The notes beneath the pieces were generated by a model. It saw only the letters and a program-made list of their open reading frames with translations, was not told where the DNA came from and searched no databases. From positions 10,472-74,471 of the forward strand of contig JANOAV010000044.1 in the NCBI GenBank assembly GCA_031411295.1: DNA of 64,000 nucleotides. Reading direction: 5' to 3'. Positions 1-10,570 of this stretch are shown one piece after another. The position numbers and the translations under genes were made by a program. Origin of the DNA: Verrucomicrobiales bacterium (lineage in GTDB: Bacteria > Verrucomicrobiota > Verrucomicrobiia > Verrucomicrobiales > V1-33). The stretch's first letter is position 1. Every line of letters starts with the position of its first letter.

Positions 1-3000
1 GTGAATTCGCAGAACACCAGCGGCACGAACACGCTGAGCAATCAGATCGCGCTCGACTCGGCGTTGAAGATCACGCAAGCGGCGGGCGGCACGCTCGCCA
101 TCACGCAGGTCAAAGGCGGCGATAACACCACGGGCACGGACCTCAAGGGCAACACGCTGACGTTCGCGCCCGCCGCCACGGGCGCGATCAATCACAGCGG
201 CACGATCTATAACTCCACGGGCACTGGCTCCGTGACGCTCAACGGCGCGGGCACCCTGACGCTCTCCGGCGCGAATACTTACTCCGGCGCGACGACTGTG
301 AGCGCGGGAACGCTCAGTGCCGCGAACATCGTGGTTTCCGCCGGAAACAGCAATCTGGGCAACACCAGCAGCGCGGTGGTGCTGGGGGACGCCAGCAATC
401 AGGGCACACTGTCCTATACGGGCGGTGCGGCCACCTATACCCGCGGGTTCACGATCAATGCCGGCGGCGGGCAGTTGACCAATGCCGGCTCCGGCACGCT
501 GACGGTCGCCACCGGCGGGATTGCCGCCGGCGGAGCGTTCACGGTGGGCGGTGCTTCCGGCAAAGACATCACGATCTCCAGCGCGATCAGCAGCACCGGC
601 GGCCTCATCAAGACCGGAGCGGATACCTTGACCCTGTCTAACACGGGTAACAGCTTTAGCGGTGGAGTAACGCTGGGCGCGAGCGTGGGCACCATCATTG
701 CCAACGCAATCGGCGGCACCAATGCCACCGGGTTGGGCACCGGGGCCGTCGCCATCGGCACCGGATCTACGGTCGAGCTTAAGACTACCTCCGCCTCCAC
801 AGCTATCGTCATTAACAACACTTTCACCGGCACCGGTCTCCTCAAGGTGACCTCCACGGGAGATTCGGGGGCTCCGAATAACAACCTCAATGGCATCAAT
901 GGCTTTAGCGGAACCGTTGAGCTGGCTAACGACGGAGGCGCCGGCAGAGGCAAGCTGGCCGGCACCATCAACGCCCCCAACGCCACGCTCCAGATTGACA
1001 GCGGCAGTCAGATTTACGTCGGGTTCTTTGGTGCGCAGACCTACAAGGACATCAAGGTCAGCGGCGCTGGCAACGGGGAAAATCTCGGTGCCATCCGGTT
1101 CGATTCCAACAGGACTCTCACGGTGAGCGGAAGCGTGAGTTTGCTCGGAGATACCACCATCGCCGCGGGCGGGTTCACGGGTGATGGCACGCTGAGCGGC
1201 AAAATCACCAGCGGGGCCGCGGGCACCCAGACGCTGACTCTCGGCACGGCCTCCGCAGTCAACAACGTCACGCTGAACGGGGATATCGGCGGGGGCACAG
1301 GCACCATTGCTCTGACGAAAACAACGGCGAGCACCGTTATTCTCCTCGGCGCCAACACCTACACCGGCGCCACCCTCATCAGCGCAGGCACGCTGCAACT
1401 TGGCAACGGAGCCACGACGGGTTCGCTCTCGACGAGCAGTGCCATCACCAACAACGGGACGCTGGCCTTCAACCGCAGTAACACTGTGACCCAGGGCACG
1501 GACTTCGCCAGCGTCATCAGCGGCAGTGGTGCGGTGACGCAGATCGGCACCGGCACAACGATCTTCTCCGGGGCGAATACCTACACCGGCGCGACGACGA
1601 TCAGCGCTGGCACCCTGAGCGTGGCCACCATCGGCAACGGCGGAGTCAGTGGGAACCTCGGCGCGGCCAGCAATGCGGCCGCGAACCTCGTCTTCGACGG
1701 AGGCACGCTGCAATACACCGGAGCTACGGCCAGCACGGATCGCAACTTCACGGTCAATGCCGGCAAGACTGCGACCTTCGACATCACCACCAACAACCTC
1801 ACCGTGAGCGGTGCCTCCACCGCCAGCAACGGCGCGCTGACCAAGACCGGCACCGGCACGCTCACGCTCTCCGGTGCGAATACTTACACGGGCGCGACGA
1901 CTGTCAGCCAGGGCACGCTGGTCTTGAACAATAATTCCGCCGCCGGGGGTTTCGCGGCGGGCACCATCACTCTGGGGAACGGGGCTACCGGCAACAGCAA
2001 CGTCGAGTTGCAGTTTGGCAGCGGCGTCAGCGGATTCGATCTCACTCTCCCCAACGGCAGCGGCGTCCGGCGCGTGAACCCCATCACCGTGGCCAACACG
2101 GGAAGCTCGGGGACGGCAACCATCGCTTTTAGGCAGGATGCATCCGCCTACATTTACACGGATCTGACACTCAATCGAGCCACCGTCCTTACGTCCGACA
2201 GCTCCTCCCGCCAGGCTCGTGGTTGGGTGGGGCGGATCACCGGTTCAGGTGCGGGTGTCGGCAACGATACCGTCATCTACGATGCCGGCGTTAACAATTG
2301 GCTGGAATTCGCCCCGAAGAGCACGGGGGTCTCAGGAACAACCCCCGCGAACACGTTCTCAGGCAATCTCCGCGTCAAGAGCGGCAACCTGGAAGTCGCG
2401 AATGTTTCCTACCTCGGCGACGTCCCCGCCAATTCCAACTTGATGATCCCCGACGCCGCCAGCGTGACGGTGGACGCAGGGGCCGCGTTGATATTCGTGT
2501 GGGGCGATGAGACGTTCGATGCGCTCAACGGCGGCGGCAGTATCGCGCGGAACACCGGCGATGGCCAAGGCATCCGCACGCTGACGATCGGGGCCAGCGG
2601 CGGTTCGGGAAACTTCAGCGGCGCGATCGCAGCCACCACCTTGGGAGCCGAAACGTTCCAGCCGGGAGTCAACATTACCAAGACCGGCAGCGGCACGCAG
2701 ATCTTCTCCGGCGCGAATACTTACACCGGCGCGACGACGGTGAGCGCGGGCGTTCTGCGCCTCAACGGAGCCACCTCCCTCCCGGGCGGGATCGATACCA
2801 CGGTGGGGGCGGGTGAAAGTGCGCTGACCCTGAATGGCGGCGTGCTCGGCCTCGGTGCGGGCAATTTCACCCGCAACCTCGGCACCGGAGCCGGACAAGT
2901 GCAGATCAACGCAGGCGGCGGTGGCTTCGCGGCTTACACCGCGGACCGGCTCGTGAATCTCGGCGGCGCGACCGCAACGGTCACCTGGGCGAGCGGCAGC

Positions 3001-6000
3001 TTCGTGCCCACGGGCAGCAACCTCATCCTCGGCGCGGCCGATGCCACGCACACGGTCACTTTCCAAAACCCGATCAACTTCAACGCCGCGACGCGCACCG
3101 TGCAGGTGGACAATGGTGCCGCCACCGTGGATGCGATCCTCTCCGGCGCCCTGAGCAACGGCGGCCTGACGAAGACCGGCGAAGGCTCACTGACGCTCTC
3201 CGGTGCGAACACCTACACCGGCGCAACGACCATCAGTGCGGGCACGCTGAGCGTGGGCACGATTGGTAACGGTGGCGTGGCCAGCGGGAATCTCGGCTCG
3301 GCCTCCAGCGCGGCCGCGAACCTCGTCTTCGACGTCGGCACGCTGCAATACACCGGAGCTACGGCCAGCACGGATCGCAACTTCACGATCAATGCCGGCA
3401 AGACGGCGACCTTCGACATCGCGACCGCCGCTACCAACCTCACCGTCAGCGGCGCCTCCACCGCCACGACCGGCGCTCTGACCAAGATCGGCGCGGGCAC
3501 GCTTACCCTTTCCGGGTTCAATACTTTCACTGGAGCGGTGCAGGTGAATGCGGAGACGCTGAATATCTTCAACGATGCCAACCTCGGGACGGGTATCACC
3601 GTCACCCTCGCGGGCGGCACGCTGCTATCCTCGTCCACCTGGTTGTCCCACCCGCTCGCCATCAGCACTGCCAGCACCATCGACACGGCCTATGGCTTCA
3701 CCACGACCGATAATGCCGCGCTCACTGGCTCCGGCACGCTGACGAAAACGGGCGGCGGAACCTTTTCCCTCATCTCCGGCTCGGGCAATACTTTCAGCGG
3801 TAACATCACTCTCGCCACCAATGGCGGCACCCTTCAGATCGGCGGCACGCCGGCCAGCAATCCGGCGGGCGGGGCCACGCTCGGCAGCCTGACTTCAGCC
3901 AATACCCTCACGGTCAATCGCGGCGCCACCTTCAACATCGAGGACAATGCCAGCTTTACTTCATTTACCGACCGTCTTGGCTCGGCGGGTAACCGTCCGG
4001 CGGTGTCGTTGAATGGCGGCACCTTGAGCCTCAATGGTGTCAACTTCGCCGCCGTCACGACCCAGACCCTCGGCGCGCTGACCCTGGCCTCCGGTGCTTC
4101 CACGATCAATGTCACCCGCAACACCTCGGGCACGCCCGAGCTGATCTTCTCCAGCCTGAGCAAGACTTCGGGTGCCTTTGCCAACTACACCGGCACCGCG
4201 CTCGGCAACGGCACGAATGACGGACGGATTCTCTTCACCAGCGCGCCCACGCTCATCGGGGGCGGCGGCGCGGCGAACAGTCCGACCATCAGCATCCTGC
4301 CCGGCGCGCGATCGGGCAACGATCTGGTCACCTATGACGCGGTGAATGGCATCCGGCCTTTGGTCCTGGCGGAATACAACGCGGTGGCCGGGAATAACAT
4401 CACCGGCGCGGGTGCCACGCAGAATGTGAACATCTCCAACGCCACTCCGACGGCGTTCACCGCGCTTTCGGGAGCGAAGACCATCAACTCTCTCGTCATC
4501 ACCGCCCCCGCTGTTTCGACTTGGGCGATGGGAAATACGCTGACACTCACCAGCGGCCAGTTCATTCACAGCGCGGCATCCGCACACACGCTCAACATCA
4601 GCAGCGGCACCCTCACCGCCGGCACCGGGGCCGTGGGCACGGTGGACCTCGACCTGTCGATCCTGAACAGCACGGTGACTCTCGGAGCCAATGTGAATAA
4701 CAACGCCTCGACGGTCGTGGGCCTGGTCAAGAATGGGGCCGGCAGCCTCTCGCTGAATAACACAGCGGACAGCACCTATTCCGGCAGCACCTTCGTCAAC
4801 GAGGGAACGCTCACCACCGGCATCACGGCCAGCCGTCGTTATCTGGGCACGGGAGCGGTGACGGTCAACGCGGGTGGAATCCTGAGTCTGGGAGCGATCG
4901 GGGCCACATCTTTCAGCGGGAGCATTGGCTCACCGACCTACACGGCGAGGACCGGCGGGCAAATCCAGATCGCGAATGCCGTTCCCGCGGTCAATGAGTT
5001 TTTCAAGATCGAATCCGGCGCGGCCATCATCAATGCGGGCACCACCAGCGCGGGCGGACTGGATTTGAATACGAACCTCAACGCCGCCGCGGGCGCGGTG
5101 CTGGCGGAGACGAGTGCCGGCTTTAACGCCGCCATCAAAAAAGGCGGCGTCGCCATCCAGACCGCCCTGACCACGCCCACCTATCATTTTGGGCTGGCGT
5201 CCTCCATTAACGAAAACGTCACCGTGGGAACGGGGACGCCTTGGCTGGGGCTGAGCAGTCTCCCCGGCGTCGGGGTCAGCGGCGTAGTATACGGCGGGGC
5301 GACGGCGAATAACACCCTCACGGCCAACAGTGATTTCACTCTCCAAGGCATGACCCCTTCCGGCTCTGGAGGAATCGGCCAGCCTAACTACTTATACCTC
5401 GGCTTCGGTGCAAGTGCGACGAACATCACCAAGATCGCCACACCCAATGGCAATGTGAACGCCAACATCGTGGGGGGCGTATTTCTGTGGAACGACAACA
5501 GCCAGTATGGCTCGGCCGGGAACAAGGTAACCTTCCAAGTCTCCTCCGGGGCCTCGCTAGGTGCTGCGACTGCGAATGCGCAAGGCGTCGTCGCTGGAGC
5601 GGCGACCGCCCCGGCCAGCATCGTGGTGCAAAATGGCGGCACGGTTTTCCCAAGCGATCCCAACGCCTTCAATGGCAGCGTGACGATCCAGCCCGGCGGC
5701 ACATTCAGCCATGGCCAATCCACGCTCACCGGAACGGGAACCATCACCCACTCGAATGGCTCGATCCTCTCTTTGTCAAGCGCGACGGCGGTCAGCGGCG
5801 CTACCCAGTCCCTCGGCACCCTCCCCGGCACCATCGTGCGCATGTATAACTACTATGGGTATACGCCCGGAACGAGCACGCTGGGAGTCACGCAATTCGA
5901 CAGCGGCCTGAACGATGCCGCCGTCTATAACGTCTTGAGTTTCGGAGCCATGGGGAATGCGGCGTCGGCGACCGATTCCTTGTTCACGCTCAGTGCCAAT

Positions 6001-7329
6001 GGTGGCATCGGGGGCGTGCTCACCGCTGCGCCGAACAGCGGCCTGAGTGCGGCGACGGGCGTCGTTGCGGTCGGCCCCGGAGGAGGGACGTTCGCCGGAG
6101 CCAACGGCAGTTCCTTCTATATGAATGAGAACTTCGCCCTCGGAGCCAACACGCTGACCATCGGTTCAGCGCAATCCTACGATGGCTACCAGCGACTGGG
6201 CGGAGTTTATCTCTACTCCACTGCCGGCACCAACACCGGCAGCGCCGGGAGCGTCATCTCGGTCATCAATGGAGCCTACCTCCAGTTCGGCGATGCCGGG
6301 CAGATCCCCGACGCCACCCGCCTGACCGTCAATAGCGGCGGCTATGTGTATCTGAATGGCTCCGAAACCGTGGAGTCGCTGACCGGTGCGGGCTCCATCT
6401 ACAACTACTACGGCCCCGCCACCCTGACGCTCGCTCCCACCACCACCGACGCCAACTTCTCCGGCACCCTCTACTCCTCGACCCCGGCCAACCTCGCCCT
6501 GACCAAGACCGGCACCGGCACGCAGACCCTCTCCGGCGCGAACACTTATACTGGCGCGACCCTCATTCAAGGGGGGACACTGTTGCTGAGCGGAGCGGGA
6601 GCGCTGGCGGACACTACTGATGTTAGTTTGACCGCCAGTTCCTCGTTCAGCATTGCGGGCATCAACGCCGCCAGTGAAACGGTGGGCTCGCTGTCCGGCG
6701 TGAGTGGCTCCTCGGTGGATCTGGGAGGCAAAAATCTGACGGTCAGTAACAATGCGAATTTCACGTTTTCCGGAGTTGCCTCAGGTAGTGGCGGCAGTCT
6801 GACCAAAGCAGGCACGGGGATCATGACCCTGAGCGGAAACAACACTTACAGCGGAGGCACGAATCTGACCGGTGGCACCCTGCTGATGGGAGCCAGCAAT
6901 GTGCTGCCGAATACCGCGACCCTGAACCTCAGCTCCGGCACCAAGCTGGACACTGGCGGCTTCAGCGACACCACGGGCGCCCTCAGTGTCACCGGCCCTG
7001 CGGTGATGGATCTGGGAACTAGTGCTGGTTCCCAGCTAACATTTAGTAACGTGGGAACCTGGAGCAGTCTCCTCAGTGTCTGGAATTACACGGGTGCCCC
7101 GTGGACGCCGGGGACGGATAAGCTGATCTTTACCAGCGGAAGCAACACCATCAACCTCGCCAACGTCCAGTTCTTCAGCGACAACGGGCTGACGCAGATC
7201 GGCACCGGCGGCGGCGGGCTTATCGGCAATGAACTGGTGCCGGTGCCGGAGCCAGGAGCCGTGTTGGGTGGCGGGGTGCTGCTGGCCTTGGTAGGCTGGC
7301 GGGAACGGCGGCGGCGGGCCACTGTTTAA
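1..7329 (+). CDS. Giant autotransporter-associated beta-strand repeat (PATR) surface protein with C-terminal PEP-CTERM sorting signal; 5' end lies outside the window
   Basis: 2442-aa open frame from base 1, rich in Gly/Thr/Ala/Asn, with many 'LTKTGxGTLTLSGANTYTGATTISAGTL' repeats; ends VPEP (7243-7254) + hydrophobic helix + RERRRR. Confidence 0.93.
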   Translation: MNSQNTSGTNTLSNQIALDSALKITQAAGGTLAITQVKGGDNTTGTDLKGNTLTFAPAATGAINHSGTIYNSTGTGSVTLNGAGTLTLSGANTYSGATTVSAGTLSAANIVVSAGNSNLGNTSSAVVLGDASNQGTLSYTGGAATYTRGFTINAGGGQLTNAGSGTLTVATGGIAAGGAFTVGGASGKDITISSAISSTGGLIKTGADTLTLSNTGNSFSGGVTLGASVGTIIANAIGGTNATGLGTGAVAIGTGSTVELKTTSASTAIVINNTFTGTGLLKVTSTGDSGAPNNNLNGINGFSGTVELANDGGAGRGKLAGTINAPNATLQIDSGSQIYVGFFGAQTYKDIKVSGAGNGENLGAIRFDSNRTLTVSGSVSLLGDTTIAAGGFTGDGTLSGKITSGAAGTQTLTLGTASAVNNVTLNGDIGGGTGTIALTKTTASTVILLGANTYTGATLISAGTLQLGNGATTGSLSTSSAITNNGTLAFNRSNTVTQGTDFASVISGSGAVTQIGTGTTIFSGANTYTGATTISAGTLSVATIGNGGVSGNLGAASNAAANLVFDGGTLQYTGATASTDRNFTVNAGKTATFDITTNNLTVSGASTASNGALTKTGTGTLTLSGANTYTGATTVSQGTLVLNNNSAAGGFAAGTITLGNGATGNSNVELQFGSGVSGFDLTLPNGSGVRRVNPITVANTGSSGTATIAFRQDASAYIYTDLTLNRATVLTSDSSSRQARGWVGRITGSGAGVGNDTVIYDAGVNNWLEFAPKSTGVSGTTPANTFSGNLRVKSGNLEVANVSYLGDVPANSNLMIPDAASVTVDAGAALIFVWGDETFDALNGGGSIARNTGDGQGIRTLTIGASGGSGNFSGAIAATTLGAETFQPGVNITKTGSGTQIFSGANTYTGATTVSAGVLRLNGATSLPGGIDTTVGAGESALTLNGGVLGLGAGNFTRNLGTGAGQVQINAGGGGFAAYTADRLVNLGGATATVTWASGSFVPTGSNLILGAADATHTVTFQNPINFNAATRTVQVDNGAATVDAILSGALSNGGLTKTGEGSLTLSGANTYTGATTISAGTLSVGTIGNGGVASGNLGSASSAAANLVFDVGTLQYTGATASTDRNFTINAGKTATFDIATAATNLTVSGASTATTGALTKIGAGTLTLSGFNTFTGAVQVNAETLNIFNDANLGTGITVTLAGGTLLSSSTWLSHPLAISTASTIDTAYGFTTTDNAALTGSGTLTKTGGGTFSLISGSGNTFSGNITLATNGGTLQIGGTPASNPAGGATLGSLTSANTLTVNRGATFNIEDNASFTSFTDRLGSAGNRPAVSLNGGTLSLNGVNFAAVTTQTLGALTLASGASTINVTRNTSGTPELIFSSLSKTSGAFANYTGTALGNGTNDGRILFTSAPTLIGGGGAANSPTISILPGARSGNDLVTYDAVNGIRPLVLAEYNAVAGNNITGAGATQNVNISNATPTAFTALSGAKTINSLVITAPAVSTWAMGNTLTLTSGQFIHSAASAHTLNISSGTLTAGTGAVGTVDLDLSILNSTVTLGANVNNNASTVVGLVKNGAGSLSLNNTADSTYSGSTFVNEGTLTTGITASRRYLGTGAVTVNAGGILSLGAIGATSFSGSIGSPTYTARTGGQIQIANAVPAVNEFFKIESGAAIINAGTTSAGGLDLNTNLNAAAGAVLAETSAGFNAAIKKGGVAIQTALTTPTYHFGLASSINENVTVGTGTPWLGLSSLPGVGVSGVVYGGATANNTLTANSDFTLQGMTPSGSGGIGQPNYLYLGFGASATNITKIATPNGNVNANIVGGVFLWNDNSQYGSAGNKVTFQVSSGASLGAATANAQGVVAGAATAPASIVVQNGGTVFPSDPNAFNGSVTIQPGGTFSHGQSTLTGTGTITHSNGSILSLSSATAVSGATQSLGTLPGTIVRMYNYYGYTPGTSTLGVTQFDSGLNDAAVYNVLSFGAMGNAASATDSLFTLSANGGIGGVLTAAPNSGLSAATGVVAVGPGGGTFAGANGSSFYMNENFALGANTLTIGSAQSYDGYQRLGGVYLYSTAGTNTGSAGSVISVINGAYLQFGDAGQIPDATRLTVNSGGYVYLNGSETVESLTGAGSIYNYYGPATLTLAPTTTDANFSGTLYSSTPANLALTKTGTGTQTLSGANTYTGATLIQGGTLLLSGAGALADTTDVSLTASSSFSIAGINAASETVGSLSGVSGSSVDLGGKNLTVSNNANFTFSGVASGSGGSLTKAGTGIMTLSGNNTYSGGTNLTGGTLLMGASNVLPNTATLNLSSGTKLDTGGFSDTTGALSVTGPAVMDLGTSAGSQLTFSNVGTWSSLLSVWNYTGAPWTPGTDKLIFTSGSNTINLANVQFFSDNGLTQIGTGGGGLIGNELVPVPEPGAVLGGGVLLALVGWRERRRRATV
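1675..1785 (+). repeat. Internal near-identical repeat, copy A, in the PATR gene (copy B at 3310-3420)
   Basis: 111-bp segments differing at 4 positions by manual alignment; part of a larger ~320-bp duplicated block (about 1567-1890 vs 3199-3530). Confidence 0.85.
3310..3420 (+). repeat. Internal near-identical repeat, copy B, in the PATR gene
   Basis: Matches 1675-1785 (AANLVFDxGTLQYTGATASTDRNFTxNAGKTATFDI). Confidence 0.85.
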
Positions 7330-7481
7330 ATCATTTCCAGTTTAAATTGAGTGAGCAGCCCAGCGGGCAGTTCCACATTCTTCCTGACGTCGGCCGCCAC
7401 GGTTTAGCTTGGATGTCTCCAAGCTTCCGTCAGAAATGCAAAGGCTTGACAGTGGGTGGAAATTTCGCCACTGAGTGGAGT

Positions 7482-7907
7482 ATGATTCCAGTTCGTCCAA
7501 TTTCGTTCCTCGCTTTGTTGTGCGCTCTTCTGAGCGCCTCCTGTTCTGCCACCTACCATGCGGCGGGTAAGGTGACCAAACGTGGCTCCGTGCAGGTGAC
7601 GCATGATTCCAAGGATTCGGGCGATGCCAAGGTGAAGGCGGCCCTCCGGAAGGAATTTATCACACGTGGGTTCACGCTAACGGAATCCAATCAGAGTGAT
7701 TTTGTGGCCAGCTTCAAGGATGTCTGGCGTTTCGATGTGCTGATGTATTTGAGCCGACTGGAACTCCGGCTCACGGAACGTCGTTCCGGGACGGTGCAGG
7801 CGGAAGCCTCGTATGGGAACTCGGGAGTGCATTTGGATCGCTCGGTGGAGAAGGTGGTTAGCAAACTTTTCGAGCAACTGGATCAACAAGGTGTTTTTGG
7901 TGGTTAG
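7482..7907 (+). CDS. Putative small lipoprotein, function unknown
   Basis: ATG at 7482; hydrophobic signal ending in lipobox-like LSASC; TTGACA at 7446-7451 upstream. Confidence 0.65.
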   Translation: MIPVRPISFLALLCALLSASCSATYHAAGKVTKRGSVQVTHDSKDSGDAKVKAALRKEFITRGFTLTESNQSDFVASFKDVWRFDVLMYLSRLELRLTERRSGTVQAEASYGNSGVHLDRSVEKVVSKLFEQLDQQGVFGG

Positions 7908-7927
7908 CGGACCACCTCCAAGGGTTC

Positions 7928-8443
7928 ATGATGCTATCCCTCATCGCTGCGGTCTCGGAGGATGGGTTCATCGGCCAGGATGGTAAAATCCCGTGGTCCC
8001 TGCCGCGCGATGTAGCTCATTTCCGGCAGTATTGTGCCGGGAAATGGTTGTTGCTAGGGAGGCGAACGTATGAGGAAATGAGCGGTTGGTTCCGGGATCA
8101 TCATCCGCTGATTCTGACGCGCAATAAATCGTTCCAGCCGAGTGTGGGAACCCGGGTGGCGAGCGTGGGGGAGGCTCTGGAGTTGGCTCGGAAGCAGTCG
8201 GTGCCGGAGTTAGTGGTGCTTGGGGGTGGGGAAATTTTCGCGCTGGCAATGCCGTTGGCACAACGGTTGATTTTGACCACGGTGCATACTAAGGTGGGCC
8301 GCGGCACGCGATTTCCAGACTGGGTGGCCCCGGACTGGCGCTGTTTGCAGCAGGAAACTTTCCTGCCAGACGACCAGCACGCGTTTCGGCATACCATCGC
8401 CACCTATCAACGAATCCCCCCTATCACCCCAGACCAAACATGA
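7928..8443 (+). CDS. folA: Dihydrofolate reductase
   Basis: SLIAAV...IG...IPWSLPRD..HF, LLGRRTYE and VLGGGEIF motifs. Confidence 0.93.
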   Translation: MMLSLIAAVSEDGFIGQDGKIPWSLPRDVAHFRQYCAGKWLLLGRRTYEEMSGWFRDHHPLILTRNKSFQPSVGTRVASVGEALELARKQSVPELVVLGGGEIFALAMPLAQRLILTTVHTKVGRGTRFPDWVAPDWRCLQQETFLPDDQHAFRHTIATYQRIPPITPDQT

Positions 8444-8937
8444 AACGCCGCACCTTCCTAACCACCACTTCGCTTCTCGCAACGAGCCTTGCCGCTCAAG
8501 CGGCAGATCCCGCCAAGCCTGGCAAGCCCACCTCTGGCAAGGTGGTGAAGACCGAGGAAGAATGGAAGCAACAGCTCACCGAGTTGCAATTCAAAGTGAC
8601 TCGCAAGCATGGCACCGAACCCGCTTTCAAAAATGAATACGCCGACAATCACGCCAAGGGCATCTACACCTGCGTGTGCTGTAGCCAGGAGCTTTATAGT
8701 TCCGAAGCCAAGTTTGAAAGCGGCACCGGTTGGCCCAGTTTCTTTCAACCGATCGCGCCCGAAAAAATCGGCACCACGGTGGACAAGAAACTGTTCTACG
8801 AGCGCACCGAAGTTCATTGTTCGCGTTGTGATGCCCACTTGGGGCATGTCTTCAAGGATGCTCCTGCCACGCCCACGGGCATGCGCTACTGCATGAATTC
8901 GGCAGCGATGAAATTTATCCCAGCCAAGGCGAAATAG
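8440..8937 (+). CDS. msrB: Peptide-methionine (R)-S-oxide reductase with Tat-like leader
   Basis: GTEPAF, CVCC, KFESGTGWPSF, HLGHVF and RYCMNS motifs; N-terminus MKRRTFL. Confidence 0.95.
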   Translation: MKRRTFLTTTSLLATSLAAQAADPAKPGKPTSGKVVKTEEEWKQQLTELQFKVTRKHGTEPAFKNEYADNHAKGIYTCVCCSQELYSSEAKFESGTGWPSFFQPIAPEKIGTTVDKKLFYERTEVHCSRCDAHLGHVFKDAPATPTGMRYCMNSAAMKFIPAKAK

Positions 8938-8949
8938 CGTTTCGCCTGC

Positions 8950-9813
8950 ATGGAGTTGCATTGTCGCCAGCGGATCATCGCGTTTCCCCGTCGCCCTTTG
9001 GTGATGGGGATTGTCAATATCAACGACGACTCCTTTTGCGGAGACGGCACGCTGGATATTTCCGCAGCCATGGAGCAGGCCCAGCGCATGGTGGCGGATG
9101 GGGCGGATATCATTGATGTGGGCGCTGAGAGTGCCCGAACGAATCGGGGGCCCATCTCCGTAGCCGATGAAATTGCCCGCTTGGAACCATTCATCACAGC
9201 CTTCCATGCGGCCGAGTGGTCTGCTCCGGCGGATGCAGCGCAGGTCTATCCACCGTTGCTTTCCATTAATACCTGGCGACCTGAAGTAGCGGCTGCGCTG
9301 TTACCACTCGGAGTAGATATCCTCAATGATCTGAGCGCCCTGCCAGATCAGGTGCCTGCGCAACTTTGCCGGGAACATCAGACGGCTTTGTTGATTATGC
9401 ATACCGTGGGGCAGCCGAAAGTGGCTCACACGCACGTGGGGTATGAGGATATCTGGGCGACGTTGGTGGCCTTTTTCTCGGAGAAATTGGAGTTAGCTAG
9501 GTCGGCTGGCTTGACGAAATCGCAGGTGATACTCGATCCTGGCATCGATTTCGCGAAGCAACGCGATGATAATTTACGTATTTATGCCGGACTCCAACAG
9601 TTGCAGCAATTCGACGTGCCCGTGTTGCTGCCGGTTTCCCGTAAAAGTGTGATTGGTCACGTGCTGGGTATCTCCGCCCCCACCGAGCGGGATGCCGGCA
9701 CCGTAGCCTGCATCCAAATGGGCCTTGCCAAGGGAGCCCACATTTTCCGGGTTCATAACGTGGCGGCAGCGTATCAGTCGATTAAGCTGCTGGATTGGTT
9801 GGCGCGGGCTTGA
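8950..9813 (+). CDS. folP: Dihydropteroate synthase
   Basis: VMGIVNINDDSF, GADIIDVGAES, ILDPGIDFAK, SRKS and IFRVHNV motifs. Confidence 0.93.
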   Translation: MELHCRQRIIAFPRRPLVMGIVNINDDSFCGDGTLDISAAMEQAQRMVADGADIIDVGAESARTNRGPISVADEIARLEPFITAFHAAEWSAPADAAQVYPPLLSINTWRPEVAAALLPLGVDILNDLSALPDQVPAQLCREHQTALLIMHTVGQPKVAHTHVGYEDIWATLVAFFSEKLELARSAGLTKSQVILDPGIDFAKQRDDNLRIYAGLQQLQQFDVPVLLPVSRKSVIGHVLGISAPTERDAGTVACIQMGLAKGAHIFRVHNVAAAYQSIKLLDWLARA

Positions 9814-9856
9814 AAATGAGGTTGCTTTGCCCGCAGCGGTGGACTTGATTTGGCCC

Positions 9857-10570
9857 ATGAAAAAATCTGCGCATCTGCTCTGGGGATTGATGCTGGTGCT
9901 AATAGCCGGGCTGGTGGGGTGGGCCGTTCGTTCCCGTGGGCCCGCAGTTCCGACTGGCAGCGTGACTCGGGCGGAAGTGCTGGCGCTGGCGGAGCGTTAT
10001 GTGCAGCATGTATGGCGGGGCGGTCCGGAGCACATTTTCCATGGCCTAGATCCACAAGGCGTGCGGGTGGATACTCCGGATGCGGCCTTCCAACCTCAGA
10101 ACGGTCAGGGTTGGTGGCGGACGGACGTGGAAAATGTCGGCATACCCTACAAGTGGGGAGGATTCGATTTACCCGAAGAATTCGCAACCGGACTGAGAGC
10201 CGGGCGCTATGCGGGGGACTGCGGCAGTGCGGAGAAACGCCGTTTGCTCGATGATGCGGTCAGTTCGTCCGCCGTGGGGATCGATTGCAGCGGTTTTGTT
10301 TCGCGTTGCTGGAAGTTGCCGCGGAGTTATTCCACGCGGGAGTTGCCGCAGCTGTGCGATCCCATCACGGATCTGACGAAATTAGAGCCGGGCGATATTT
10401 TCAATCGTCACAATGCCCACGTGATGCTCTTTGCAGGATGGGTGGACGCAGACCATACGCTGATCAGCGTTTATGAGGCAAACGAGAAAGTCAGCCGCAC
10501 CGAGCACGCAGTGGCGAAGCTGTTGCAGGATGGTTTCAGTGCCTGGCGTTACCGAGAGATGCGGGATTAG
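9857..10570 (+). CDS. Membrane-anchored NlpC/P60-like cysteine hydrolase
   Basis: N-terminal TM; IPYKWGG, GIDCSGFVS, PGDI and HVMLF motifs. Confidence 0.75.
   Translation: MKKSAHLLWGLMLVLIAGLVGWAVRSRGPAVPTGSVTRAEVLALAERYVQHVWRGGPEHIFHGLDPQGVRVDTPDAAFQPQNGQGWWRTDVENVGIPYKWGGFDLPEEFATGLRAGRYAGDCGSAEKRRLLDDAVSSSAVGIDCSGFVSRCWKLPRSYSTRELPQLCDPITDLTKLEPGDIFNRHNAHVMLFAGWVDADHTLISVYEANEKVSRTEHAVAKLLQDGFSAWRYREMRD

Noticed and set aside
5200..6450. Tyr-rich part of the giant gene as a diversity-generating retroelement target
   Set aside because: No reverse transcriptase and no template/variable repeat pair with adenine-specific mismatches found in the window.
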